64,000 nt of DNA from the human T2T-CHM13v2.0 reference genome, Homo sapiens. Below, in pieces: positions 27,501 through 41,488 of the stretch. Positions within the stretch are counted from its first letter, which is position 1; every line of letters starts with the position of its first letter. Location: the NCBI RefSeq assembly GCF_009914755.1, contig NC_060939.1; one strand, written 5' to 3'. Under the pieces are notes generated by a model. That model made no database searches and was not told the DNA's origin. It saw only the letters and a list, made by a program, of their open reading frames with translations. Made by a program: the position numbers and the translations under genes.

Positions 27501-29801
27501 CATAAAAAGGTGCTTTTTAAACCACATTAGTTTAGCTTGCTTGTATGATTGCTTGTTTTTGTATTTGTGGTTTTATTTCCTAGCAAAAAGAAACAGGGTG
27601 GAGTAATGGAAAAGGTTTTTTGTTTGTTTGTTTGTTTAATGCAAGACAGAAGAACTTTTGATTTTAAATCCTGATCTGACTGTGGGCAAGCTATTAATTC
27701 TATGAATCTGCCTTCATTTGCACAATGAAGATAACCAGACCTCATAGGGTTACTGAGAAGATAGAATGGAAAAAGTTGACATAAACTGCCTAGCCCAGTG
27801 CATGGTGCATAGCACTACATTGTTTTCTCCTAATCTGTTATCCTCAGAAAGGGTCTACACAAAAGCAGATGTGGTACCAGTTGCTAAGACTTTCAGAAAT
27901 TGAGAGAGGATGTAGTGCAGAAGTCAGGGCATCAGCTTCTGAGCAGGCGTGTGGCTGTAGTATTGGGATTTCTACTGAAATGCTGAGCTGACTCAGAACA
28001 AATAACAAATCAGAAGAGTGGTTGTGGGAGGGTGGTAAAGAGACAGCTGCTTCAAGGTTGGAAATAACTAGCCTCTAAAGAATCAGGTATTTCCTAGTTA
28101 GTGCCTCATTAGCTCTTTGTTCTTGATAAGGATGTCAGAACAACTGTAAGGCAAAAGTTAGATGGTGCTATTTGATCTTTTGTGAGGATTCTATTTGTCC
28201 TTTTGTCTGGCCTTGCCATCTGCGCAGAGGTGTTGATTATTAAAATTTGTACCTGCACATGTAGTTGTTGCTTCTGGGGCATAATCTTTCCAGCCATGTG
28301 CCTCTGGTTAAACACCCTTTAAATCCTGAATTGGTCTATGCGTATACAGTTCTGTAGGGAAAATATACAATATGAAAAATTGTGCTTCCAAGGAAATTTA
28401 CCTTGGAAATAGGGATACCAGACTAATACACAGATGACATTTGGAAACAGTGTAATTCAGTGTAAAATCACAGCTTCAAAAATCTGTTCATTCCTTTGTG
28501 ATATTCACGTATAGAAGCATTTGAGGACTTCACAGTAAGGAGAAAACCACTGGGGTCCAAAAAGTCCGAGTGCTCAGTGAAGAAGTTTAGACCCGTGGGA
28601 AGCCATGAAGAAAGAGATGATAGCTAAGCTGAGGCAGGCACAACTTCAGGGTGCCATTCCCAGCTCCCTGGAGTTAAGTGTAGTACAGCCTTGTGGGGCT
28701 ATATGTGGCATCCCTGCAAAGACCTCAGCTCCTGTCATCCTAGGTTGGGCACTGAGGACTGCTGAAGGAAGAGAGTATTGCTAGTGAACCTTGAATGTAA
28801 TTTGATGTCCAAGAGGACAGTGAAGAGAGCCGGGAAACAGAGAGGAACTGGGATTTAATGAATGTCTACTACAGCCAGTCATAATACTAGCATTTCATCT
28901 ACCTCTTCTCATTTGTTACACCTCTGTGAGTGAGGTGTTGGTATCTCACTTTAGGGATGAAGAAAGTGAAGTTCAGAGATGTTACATGAATCACGCTTGG
29001 TCACACAGATGGTAAATGCCAGATTCGAACCCTGATTTGTCTAACTACAAGCCCTTCCTCATTCTGTCACTTTCAGAGTGACTCACTTTACTAAGAGGGA
29101 GCCTTTATTTCAAGTTAAATAAACGTTTTCCTTTCTGCAGTTATTAGTGGATTGTCTTAGAGTTAGTCTTCCTTATTGTGCCAGGAGATGCATTTCTTCC
29201 TCTCATTAAACAAATAAATAAAGCTGGCAGTGCCAGAAATTTGATTTGCCCTTATTGTGTAGGAATAAAAAGACCCATGTGTACTGAACAAGCAGAACCT
29301 GTTTTTAGTGTTTAACTAGCCAACTCCTGTCTGGGTGTTCTTTTAAAAAGTAATTATACCATTTATGATACACCCATTTAAGTCCCAACAGCTATTCCCT
29401 CTTGGACCTCATGTTGTGGGGCTGCATTTGCTTCTGTTATTATTATTTGAGTAAAAGAACGTGTGTATGGGTCGCCTTTATATGCCTGCCTGTGAAATTG
29501 GTTGAACAAACACTGTGTATTAAGTCAGAATATAGAAATGTCCTGATTCTCTTTTGCAGGACTGTGTTCGATTGAAGATTTTGCTTCCTATACTTTCTAT
29601 GCTTTTGTAGCTTTGTTTTGCCTTTACTTGAGGGCTGATTCTACCTGGCCACAATAAAGCTGTTCACACTGTATGTTGTAGCTTAACTTTACAATCTTAG
29701 GCACTTGGAGGCAGTGGTGTTTACATAACTTGTCTTTATGTTTGTTTGTTTTTTGTTTTTATATTTTCCTCACTTACGTTCATTTTCTCCCCCATTTACA
29801 G

Positions 29802-29985
29802 ATGCTGGCCCGCGAGAGACATTGATGCATTTTGCTGTGCGGCTGGGACTGCTGAGGTTGACGTGGTTCCTGTTGCAGAAGCCAGGTGGCCGCGGAGCTC
29901 TCAGTATCCACAACCAGGAAGGGGCGACGCCTGTGAGCTTGGCCTTGGAGCGAGGCTATCACAAGCTGCACCAGCTTCTAACCGA
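29802..29985 (+). CDS. AKAP13: AKAP13 coding exon 5, (D)AGPRETLMHFAVRLG...LHQLLT(E); ankyrin-repeat-like; phase 1 in, phase 2 out
   Basis: Acceptor ttttctcccccatttacag|ATGCT, donor ACCGA|gtaagt; lies within ORF 29738..29989. Confidence 0.96.
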
Positions 29986-31909
29986 GTAAGTGCTCCTTCT
30001 GCCTTATTTCTCTCCTCTCATCCCCAGCCCCACCCCCGATTCATAGGAGTACCACCCACTTGGCATCTCATTGTGTGTTTGCCGCAAATTAAAACCTCAG
30101 CTCTGTACCTTGCCTTCTGCTGGAGGTTTGTAAGCTTGCTCCTGCTAACCACTTCATTGTCTGAGAGAGAAACGTAAGTCGTGTTAACCATTTTCTCTCT
30201 CGTCTGCCTGCCTGCCTTCTTCAATTCTTATCTCTTATATTTTACTATTTTACTCAAAAGTCAGAATGAGCCTTGTCTGTGGAGGTAGCATAACATTACC
30301 AATGTATACAGTTTATCCTGGTTTAGTACAAGAGGAAACAGATTTCCTATATCATATATTTTTTTCTGGTATGTCTTTAAGACTTGAAAGAGTTAATTAG
30401 AAACCAGTACTTCCATATTATAATTGCATACAGAAAATATTGTAAACAATTAAGTTTTGGATTGAATGTAATTTCTGTGAATAAAATTTGAGAGCAGTGG
30501 TTTCTTCATATGAACAGCAATAAAAAGCAACTGAATTGTCCTGGAAATGTGCAGTAGGAAATCCTGTCTGTTTTTGGGCTCAATTATTATATGTCCTGAC
30601 TCTTTAAAGAGTTCTCTAGAGGAAGGTTGTTAGTCAAAACATTTGAAGAGCGCTCTTTTATTCTTGTATAAATAAAGAAATAAACACACTAAAGCAGCCA
30701 AAAGTTTTTATTGGAATGTTTATATAAAGAAGTTTCAAGAATAGTTTCTGTTGTTTAATACATTTTTATTAGTTTTGTGGTTATCATCATTATCTTTTCC
30801 ACCACATTATCTGAACAAGTATAAACCCATTGGATCTATGTTCTTTAGCAATTGAGGGACCTGTGCAAATTGAGTCAGTATTAGCAAATTCTCAGATATT
30901 TTGCTCATGCCAGATTTAATTTAGTTGTGCTTTATGTTTTACCATTTTTAACTGTGTATATAGTCTGGAAGGACCAAAAAGAGACCTCAGAATGTAGTGC
31001 TACTTACGGTTATGTAAACAGCTTTTTCTTGATTCACTTGCCAGGCTTATACCTTTCCCCATCACGCTAGACAGACAGTTCTTTGCAGAAAGCTTTCTGA
31101 TGGGTGCTACAGATACAGTGGTGGTAGGAGGGGCACTTATATCAAATGAGCTTTGGATACCTGAGCTCTCCTAAGACAGTATTCCAGGGAGTGATACATT
31201 CTACTCCTTCACACTTCCCATCTGGCCACTGATTGGATTCATTCTACGGTTAGCCTCATGGCCTCAGGAAGAGAGGCCTTGTTTCAGAAGTTGAAACAGT
31301 TAACTCTGCATAACTATTGTGAAGTTCAAATGCATTTCCTCTAAATTTGATTTTTGCTGGGAAGCAGAGTTGGTTAAGGACTGCCATCCAAATGGGGAAA
31401 TAAAGTGATTACAACAGCTTCATTATATCCTTGGAGGGGATGTCACAAGACTGTTATTGCAGCACAGCTTTAAGGAAACTAGAGTGTGTTTGTTCTTTGA
31501 CTTTTTTTTGCTTACTTTAAAAGTACTACTTCTGTTACATGTGGGAAAGCCACTTACCTCCTTTTGAAGGGAGATTGGTAAGGGAAAACCAACCTGAGAA
31601 ATCACCAATAGAGGACCCTGATAGGAGAGGATGAGCACCTTGCTGCAGATCTAGCTCTTAACTTGAATTCTGGGATGTTACTGTTGTGAAGCTTAGAAAA
31701 AGTTCTGAGTCATAATTAGCGATTAAAAAATGGAAAGGGGGCGATTGTCCCAAATCACTCAGTGTGAGAGTGATTCTAGTAGAATTTGGTAGAATTTCAG
31801 TTTTTAAAGAATCAAGAATGATCATTTTGTTATTGGTTTTCTTTTCTCCTTTCCTTCCCCTTTCTTTTCCTATATACATAACGTAAAAATGGTTAAAATA
31901 GTAAATTTT

Positions 31910-32175
31910 AGGGACAGCATTCAGTAGCATTCAGTACCATCACAACACTCACAGAGTTACGTAACCATCACCACTATTATTTCCAGAACTTTGTCATCAC
32001 CCAAACTGAACTTCCTTTTCTCCAGCCCCTGATAACCTCTGTTCTCCTTTCTGTCTCTAAGAATTTGCCCATTCTAGGTACCTCATATAAGTGAAATCAT
32101 GCAACATTTGTCTTTCTGTGTCTGTCTTTTACATAGCTAATGTCCTCAAGGTTCACCCATGTTGTAACGTGTCAG
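31910..32175 (-). mobile_element. L1MB-type 3' fragment
   Basis: attctaggtacctcatataagtgaaatcatgcaacatttgtc. Confidence 0.75.
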
Positions 32176-32177
32176 AA

Positions 32178-32350
32178 AAACAATATATACTTCAAAATTG
32201 CTAAAAAAGAATGTATTTCTCACCACAAAAAAATAAGTAGCTGAGATGATGGATATGTTACTTAGGTTGATTTTATCTTTCTATGGTATATACATAGATT
32301 AAAACATCACACTGTACCCCATAAATAAATTTATATAATTGTTGTTACCA
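32178..32350 (+). mobile_element. L1MA-type 3' end
   Basis: ttcaaaattgctaaaa...gatggatatgtta...catcacactgtaccccataaa. Confidence 0.7.
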
Positions 32351-32351
32351 A

Positions 32352-32353
<2 letters not shown>

Positions 32354-32392
<39 letters not shown>
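32354..32392. repeat. (CA)n microsatellite, about 19 units
   Basis: Visible. Confidence 0.95.
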
Positions 32393-32393
<1 letters not shown>

Positions 32394-32485
32394 CCAAAAG
32401 TGTAAACAACCTAGATGTCCATCACAGATAAATGGACAATGTGGTATATTCATATAACGGAATACTACAGCCTTAAAAAGAAAAG
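32392..32485 (+). mobile_element. L1MB-type fragment, inverted relative to 31910-32175
   Basis: aaacaacctagatgtccatca...atgtggtatattcata...cagccttaaaaag. Confidence 0.7.
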
Positions 32486-32757
32486 ATCATCTTTAACAGA
32501 TGAAACTGAGATCCAGAGAGACAAAGTGGTTGGATGAAGATAACAAGGTGGTATGACCAGAAATAGAAGCCAAAAGCTGTCCAGAGCTCTTTCCTTCCAC
32601 TCCTGGGATTCTTAAAAAGTGGCCCAAGAATAGACTTCATGGGGTCTGTATCTCTTGAAATTATAAAGGTTTATGCACATGTTTTTCTGAATAAAGCATT
32701 TGTTGGTGAGATTCACGAAGGGGTTTGTAGAAAGTTAAGAATCGCCACAATGTATGA

Positions 32758-33073
<316 letters not shown>

Positions 33074-34839
33074 ATGATGCTATCTTTCTAATAGTTTGGG
33101 TATCTTCTTCCCCACCCTGCTTTTTAAAAATGAAATTGTCCACATATAAGCCGGCCTCTTTTATTGCCTCTTTTCAGTTAGTATGAAATTGAAGTATGGC
33201 TATGTATATTTTACATTTATTGAATAACTAGTTGCATTCTACACTTTACTGAAAAGTCAAGCTTATTTAACCCCATTTATAGCCCTTCCCAAGTACATTT
33301 GTTGTTTTAATTCCTTGGTGCTTTACCTTGTTTTTTGCTTTTTAATTTTTAAGTGGGGTGTGGGGAGCCTTGTGCTGGTTAGGGCCCAAGTTCTTTTTGT
33401 GTTTCTTTGTTCAAGGCTTATTTTGATTGCCAGTCTATTTTGATAAAGCAAGTCTTACTTCTGCGAAAATTATGATTAGCCATTCTTGGACATATAAGGA
33501 TTCTCTAAGACCTATCCCTTTAGAAAACACTTGAACTTTATTTTAAATCCTACCAGATAGTAATAACTACTCAGGACTTTTTTTTACAGTTTCCCTTTTT
33601 TGTAACCCATGATTGTTAACTTTCACTTTGTTCAGTGTTAGGGAAGGCAGAGCTTTTGTTGACTTGCTGTTTCACTTTAGCTTATATTTAGATCTTACAT
33701 TATGAATATGAATGCATTTGTGATCTGAAAATTCATCTTAAATACATTGTATTTAAGTTTCACTCTAAGTAAATGAAAGAATTCATGTAGGGAGCATAAC
33801 TCAGTGATTGACATATATGTTATCTCTTATTTCCCTTTCTTTAATTTTCTGTCTTGCCTGAGAAATCTTAGCCCCAGAAGAGTACCCAAAACATGTAGGC
33901 CTACTTTTCCTTTAGTTGGACAATCATCTCCTCTGATTTGAAGACCCCACCCATGGTCACCTAACTAGTTAGTGATGGAGAGAATAGGTAAAGACCCCAG
34001 TTTGCAGGCTCTTGGTGTCATGAATGCTAGGAAGTGACAATATCAGATGAGCGTGGCATTGTAGTTATCTAAGAAGAAAATATTAGAGCCAGATGTTATT
34101 GGATCTGGCTGATCTCTTACTCACACATCTCAAAGTAGAAATCTTGGGACTTGGATCACCCATGTTGGGGGTATGAGGGAGCTTGAGAGTAAGAGGAGGC
34201 TCCAGCTAGTGACTAGGTGTGCAAACTTGGAAGTCAAACCTAGGTTTGCATTTTGGCTCTGCCATTTGCAAACTTTCCTTGCTAAGCCTTGATTTCTTCA
34301 TCTCATAAATAAAGGATATTGCTATTTACTTCCTGGATGATAACCCAGCCTTTAGTGTATGCAATATGAAAAATTAGGGCTTATTTGTCATACAGATTCT
34401 GGTTATTTTTGTGGAGCAAATAAAGGTGCATAAATATTTCTTCTTGGAGAAAGATGGTAGTATAGTATGGTAGAACTGCTTACGGATTAAAAGCTTAATA
34501 AAAATCTAAGCTTGCCTACTTAGTAGTTAGTGTGACTTGGAAAATGTCACCTATCCACTGAGTCTCATGTTTCCCCTCTCTTAATGATAATACCTGTTCT
34601 GCCTACATCACAAGGTTATTTTAACTAAAAAAAGATTGGTGCAAATACTTTGTTAAACTCTAAGATACTCTATTTGAACATTTCTTATATATTAATAATA
34701 ATAATGACATCAGTAAAATTAGAGTTAACTGATCAATGAAACTCAAATTCCAGTTGATCGGTCTACCAGATATCTTGTTTTGTAATATTTCTTGTAGTTC
34801 TCTGTGAATTAAAGTTAGTAGAGAGATTGGAGAATTGTA

Positions 34840-35050
34840 GTTAGACTGGCTGGTTTTGAATCCAGGGTCTACTTCTGTGAAACTGTATTATTTATCTTGG
34901 GTGATTCACTTAACCTCTCCAAACCTCAGTGCCTTTTTTTTTTTTTTTTTTGGTCTCACAAGAAGAAGAAGAGGACTGTCTTCAATGGGTTGCTTTGAGA
35001 AATAAACAATTCATGTAGAGAGCATAACTCAGTGATTGACATAAATGTTA
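34840..35050 (+). mobile_element. MIR with internal T-run
   Basis: tttgaatcca...cacttaacctctccaaacctcagt core. Confidence 0.6.
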
Positions 35051-35950
35051 CCCCCATTTCCCTTTCTTTAATTTTCTTTTCCTTCTAATGCCTATGTCAG
35101 TTTTTCATACTTCAGGGAAATTTTACCAGAATCTTGAAGTATTTTAAGCATCATTTGAATGTCCCTGCTTGATGTAGGACTTGATGTAGGGACTTGATGT
35201 AGGTTGGAAATTATTCCCTAGTGTAATAGATACTACTTTAAATAAAATTAGTTTGGCCCTTTGATACATGCTGTGATGTTGATGCCTGTAGATTAATGGA
35301 ACAAGGAATTCTAGATGGATAAAAAATCATTTACAGTCCTTCCACCCTTATAAGAAGAGTATTTATTTTAAGAATTTCAACTCTGGAGTGGTGGCATACA
35401 AGTGCTGAAATATTTCAGTTGCCATAAGAGCCAGTTTAAACATATTTGTCCTCATAAATGTCATCTTATTTTTAGTATCAGCTGAACAAATCTTCATTTA
35501 TTGAATGCCTATACTGCACTAGAAACCATGGTTGGTACATTACAGATATTGTTTCATTTCAACCTTATATCAACCTCGTGAAATAGGCATTATCTGTGTT
35601 TTGCGGGAGAAATATGGAGGCTCAGATAATTAAAGTAACTAGTCCAAGGCTATATAGAAAATTGTAGAGCTACTGTTACACAGACAGCTGTGGAATGCCA
35701 AGGCCCATATTCTTCCCTCTACAAAAATTTGGCAGAGAGAAAGAAGAGACTCAGGACGAGGCTACTAGGGTACAGTATTAAATGACTCTTAAATGTAAAG
35801 GGTTATATGGTTTCTAGTCTATATGTTTTTTGAGGAAAACAAGGTTCTTACTATAATAACTGTACATTTATATTACCCATTATATGACTTTTAAAGTATG
35901 GTTGATTACATTTAAGCTACCATTTTACATATGGTAAGTATTGTCATCTC

Positions 35951-36245
<295 letters not shown>

Positions 36246-37642
36246 ATCTCTGTTTTATAATTGAGGAAACTGAGGCCAGAGAGGTAAAGTGACTTGCCCA
36301 AGGTCTCGGTTCACAAGGTTGCAAAGTAACAGAACCTAAAGTGCACCGATCTGTCCAGATTGAGGGGACACATGTGAATGTTGAACACAGACCCAGCCTG
36401 ACAAGCTCTAGGTACTCAGTCATGATTTACTGTAGTGGGCACTATTGGCCCCTCTCAAAGGGTTTGTGCCTGTAAGCTCTCAAGTCCTTCTTACAAGACA
36501 ATTGTGCTTGAAACCTAGGTGTAGGGTTAGGTGGTGGAGTGACTACTCAAGAATACATATTTCACAATGGAACCAAGTGCTATTGAGCAAGATGTTCTGC
36601 CAACATAGTAATTTTGCCCTTTTAGATTCCTCTTCAGGTACTTGACAAGTGGGTCCTCAGTAGCCCATCTGGTGCAAAACAAGTTTGGAGACTTTGCTTT
36701 TGCATAGTAAAGCAAAAGATGAAACAAATGTACAGACATACCTTAAAAATAATAACCAGAGAGGCAGGATTTGGGATAACTTGACATCTGGCCAAATTCC
36801 CATTCATCAGTCTGTCCATCCCTTTGTATCTGACTTCCTTTGTCATTGTGTGATCTAGGTCTTTGTGTCTTGGTAAAGATAAGGTTGTAGAACTGAGTGG
36901 AAACTAGAGAATGGGGGAGGAGACTAACATTTATTGAATATTGAATACCTGCTTTGTATTATGCACAGTACTACCTTGGTGCTTTACTTGCGTTTTCATT
37001 TAAAACCCCTCAGCAAACCTTGGGGAGGCTAAAGCAGCTTGTCCAAGGCCGTATAGTTAGTCGCTCTTTTCACAACCTGTCTTTAGGTTGTATTTGGATT
37101 TATTCATAGAATTTTGTGAGGAGGCATGTTTGGTAGCATTTTCAGGCTTTTAACCTAATTAATTTATGATGGTTAATAACTCTGGTTCTCAGTGCCTTTT
37201 TTTCCCCCTAAGTTTTCAGCTGGACAACTTTAAGCATTTTGACATTTTGTATTTTTTAAACCATTTAACTAGTAATCTCAGGATTGCCTATCTGGCAACA
37301 TGCTAGAAAATTGCAAAATGTACTTTCTGAAGATAATATTGTACTTATAGAGCAATTTATTGTATTCGTTGCTAGGTATTTTGTGTAAATTCTCATATCT
37401 TTATCCTCTCCCCAGCCCTTTGAAGGTGGGCGTTTTATCTCCATTGCACAAGGAAATGTAATAGCCATAGCTGGTAAGTGATGGAGGAATAATTTGAACC
37501 AGGTTGTAACTCCAAGTCCTGTGAACTTTTACAAACTCCCTTGGGCTTTCTAAGAAGATGGGTAGGAATTTAAAGTTGGTTGGAATCACAGAGCCATTCC
37601 AAGCATCTTGTGTTTCTATAAACTTCTTTTCTCTCCCTGCAG

Positions 37643-37666
37643 AATGACACATATGTACTGAGCAAG
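37643..37666 (+). other. Candidate 24-nt microexon (introduces TGA in the AKAP13 frame)
   Basis: cttcttttctctccctgcag|AATGACACATATGTACTGAGCAAG|gtatgt; near-consensus sites on both sides. Confidence 0.35.
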
Positions 37667-38609
37667 GTATGTGTTTGTTCTTGGTTGCCGTATAACATTT
37701 AGACTTCAGAGTGGTCAGAGTTGTGAAATTACACTACTTGATCTGTGGTAACAAATTATCTATGGCAACAGCATGTGATTTGTTTCTGACTTCACTTCAG
37801 GCTTAAGTGGAAGAAAATACAGACCTGGAGTATAGGGCTTGATAGTCAGGTGTGAGAAAATGAAGGATCAGTTGATAGCACCTTCTGCTCTTAAAAGCTA
37901 CATGTGATTTTTACTTGGTCAATTCTAAAGTTTTCTTAAACGCATACCAATAGAAAGAATGACTTGAACATTTTACCTGCATTTATTATTGGCAGAAATA
38001 GAAGTGATTGGGGAAACAAGGAAAGTGATTAGAGAAACAAGAAAAAAACTAGGTGTGTTGAATAAACATTTTCACTAAAACCATTATTTGGCTGGAGCAG
38101 AATATCACCAGCATAGAATGAAGTTACGCGATACAAGAATAAATATGAGGTAGTAAAAAAATACAACCAATCCTATGCATTTATTAATATCTGCCTGTTC
38201 TGTTTTGAAAGTTTAACCTTATAGTAGGAGAACAGTTTCTCAGCATTACCAACTTCTAGATTGTTCTTGATTCATTAAACAGCATATACAACTTGTCCTG
38301 GCACATCAGTAAGACCTCTATCTAGTTGAACTACAGACAGTTATAATTCAGGGAAGTTTTTCAGTAACATGTTCTAGAAGGAATTTTGTGTTAGGATTCT
38401 GGATTTAATGAATCACAAAAATCTTTTAGCTGCTGAAATTGGTTATCATTGTATAATAATCATTTTGACAAGGTTTTGTTTAAATCTTTAATGTCCATAG
38501 ACATAAATAAGGCGCAGTATTCTTAAGTATTCTTCTTAAAGCCTATTTTGTTTTATTAATGAAAACAAAATGTATTTGAGGTACCTGATATTTTTCCTAA
38601 CACTTTTAA

Positions 38610-38864
<255 letters not shown>

Positions 38865-39094
38865 ATTTATCATAGTTTTTATACATGATTTTGGCCATTT
38901 TTTCTTACAAAATTTGGAGATGGCAATGTTGACATTCTGCTCTTAATTTTATTCTTATGTGAATGATTTTCAAATTGAACTTACCCTAGAAAGACACATG
39001 GCCTAAATGGAATATCTACAATTTAAAAAATTGTTTTATTTAATGTTTAGTGTTCTGAACACTAGTTAATAAAAAGTTAAATCTAGAGTTTTAA

Positions 39095-39447
<353 letters not shown>

Positions 39448-39714
39448 TAAATTTTAATAAATATTTGTTGGCTTAATAAAGATAAAATGTTCTTCCTAAG
39501 GTTATCTAGCCGGTGCACTATCTCTTAATATTCATTTTAACTGTCAAACTATTTATCCATTTGAAAACTCTTTAGTTGTTTTTGCATATGACATTAACAG
39601 TTTCTATAGTCACTGATTATTGTACCATTTTATTCTTATAGTACATATTTTATGCTTTAACTGGCCAATAGAATTTCTGCATAAAAAGCACATGAGGAGA
39701 TTTGTACTTTAAAT

Positions 39715-40060
39715 CAGGGGTCCCCACCGCCTAGGCTACAGACTGGTACTGGTCCATGGACTGTTAGGACCCAGGTTGCACAGCAAGAGGTGAGTGTCAG
39801 GCGGGCGAGCGAGCATTACCACCTGAGCTTGCCTACTGTCCAGTCAGTGGTGACATTAGATTCTCATAGGAGTGGAAACCGTGTCGTGAACTGCATATGT
39901 GAGGGATCTAGGTTGCATGCTTCTTATGAGAATCTAATGCCTGATGATCTGAGGTGGAACAGTTTCATCCCAGAACCATTCCATACCCCGCCCCCTCATC
40001 TGTGGAAAAATTGCCTTCCGTGAAACTGGTCCTTGGTGCGAAAAATGCTGGGGACCGCTG
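39715..40060 (-). mobile_element. MER1B (hAT-Charlie)
   Basis: TIRs caggggtcccca ... tggggaccgctg; about 345 bp; degenerate 8-bp TSD ctttaaat/gtttagat. Confidence 0.85.
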
Positions 40061-41039
40061 GTTTAGATTATGTAGAGAATGCTTACATAGTACTCTTTAT
40101 TTTAATAGTATTTCTTGTATTGGTGGTGCTGCCTCACTGATAGTGATGGTAGCCCTGTAATCACTTAATCCTTGTTCAGCAGGCATCCATCTCTTTGGCC
40201 TTAAAAATGGCAAAGCTGAACTTGGTGTGTCCCTATTGTTTAACATCTCTTATAGGCCTCAGTTTCTTCATCTACAAAATAGGGAAAAATAATATGTACC
40301 TCATAGATCTGTTAGGATTAAACAAGAACATGTTTATAAAGTTCTTAGGAGCTTAGATATCTCTTTATTTGGAGAGCTAGGAAGGACAATTCATTGGAAA
40401 TATTTCAGGTGCGTATGAATATGATATCTCTTTTAACCACCATTCAGTTTCTGACTTACTGTTTCCTAGTCAGCCTCACCCCACAATTGTAACTATCTCT
40501 TAACCTAGTGGGGAAACCAAGCCCCATTTTCCTTACAGAATTTTGGAGGGTAAATTGTGGTAGGTGTTGTAGGGGTAGTTGCTTGACACTTACCCCACAA
40601 GCAGGCTTCCCTTACTTTTTTTTCTTTTTTTTTTAAGTCTAATACTCAGAAGTTGCCTTCTTTTTTGGTTCATTAGAATTATACCAGCCCTCTAGCATAC
40701 CACACAGTCACAATATATCAATCGTTTCGGGTGTCCAGACAGCTAACATTTTGAATTCACATTCATTTAATCCTCATGACAGATTTAGTATTTTCACTTT
40801 ACAGATGAGGAAATTGAAGCGCAGAGAAATTTAAGTAGTCCAAGATCACAAAGATGGTAAGGTGAGAGTAAGGAATCAAACCAACTCTGTCTGACTTTCC
40901 AGCTTATGCTCTAACAATTACCTTATAAAACTTTTTTTGTTTAAAAGCACAAAATTTAGAGCAAATTACTCATAGACAGTAGTTGCTTCAAGGATGTGCC
41001 TTCTTTTTCTTTGCACTCTCCTTATGCTAATTATTAAGG

Positions 41040-41488
41040 CGAGAGTGGCAGTTCTATGTTCCCTCCCCCCCAAAAAAAGGAAGGAAAAGAGGAAAACTAA
41101 GTTTCAGTGCTAAAATATCTCGTGGCCCTGGGTATGCAGGATTGCATATCTGACCATAACTAGCCTAGCAGCGAGTTCCCTACGGATAGCTAAAATACAT
41201 CATTTTGAGGTGGATTAGCTACCCCCCACCCCCTACCCCTTTCTGGCATTTAGCTTCTCCAGCTCCATTTGAGTAGAGTTGTGGTTGGGTTTGTAGAACT
41301 CATTAAGGTTGGACACTATTATGGTGATGTGGTTTTGAGAAGATATTGCAATAGCCCTCAGAAAAGGAACTAGATGCTGCAGTTCCTTGTCAGAAGTAAA
41401 CTTGGAGCGAAACACGCCTTTAGGAGGGGTAACCAGGCTGCTTTCCTCTATTTTTAAAGCTGTAGTATGAAGCCAAAACTAAAAGAGG
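41040..41488 (+). promoter_or_regulatory. Candidate internal promoter upstream of the alternative first exon
   Basis: Repeat-free; MEF2 consensus CTATTTTTAA at 41448-41457, RUNX TGTGGTT at 41280 and 41328, CACCC box at ~41224-41232. Motifs only. Confidence 0.35.

Noticed and set aside
30028-30173. Acceptor tccccag at 30027 defining a 146-nt exon
   Set aside because: Only 42 nt from the exon 5 donor (too short an intron), and entering from exon 4 hits TAA; only the donor was retained as a finding.
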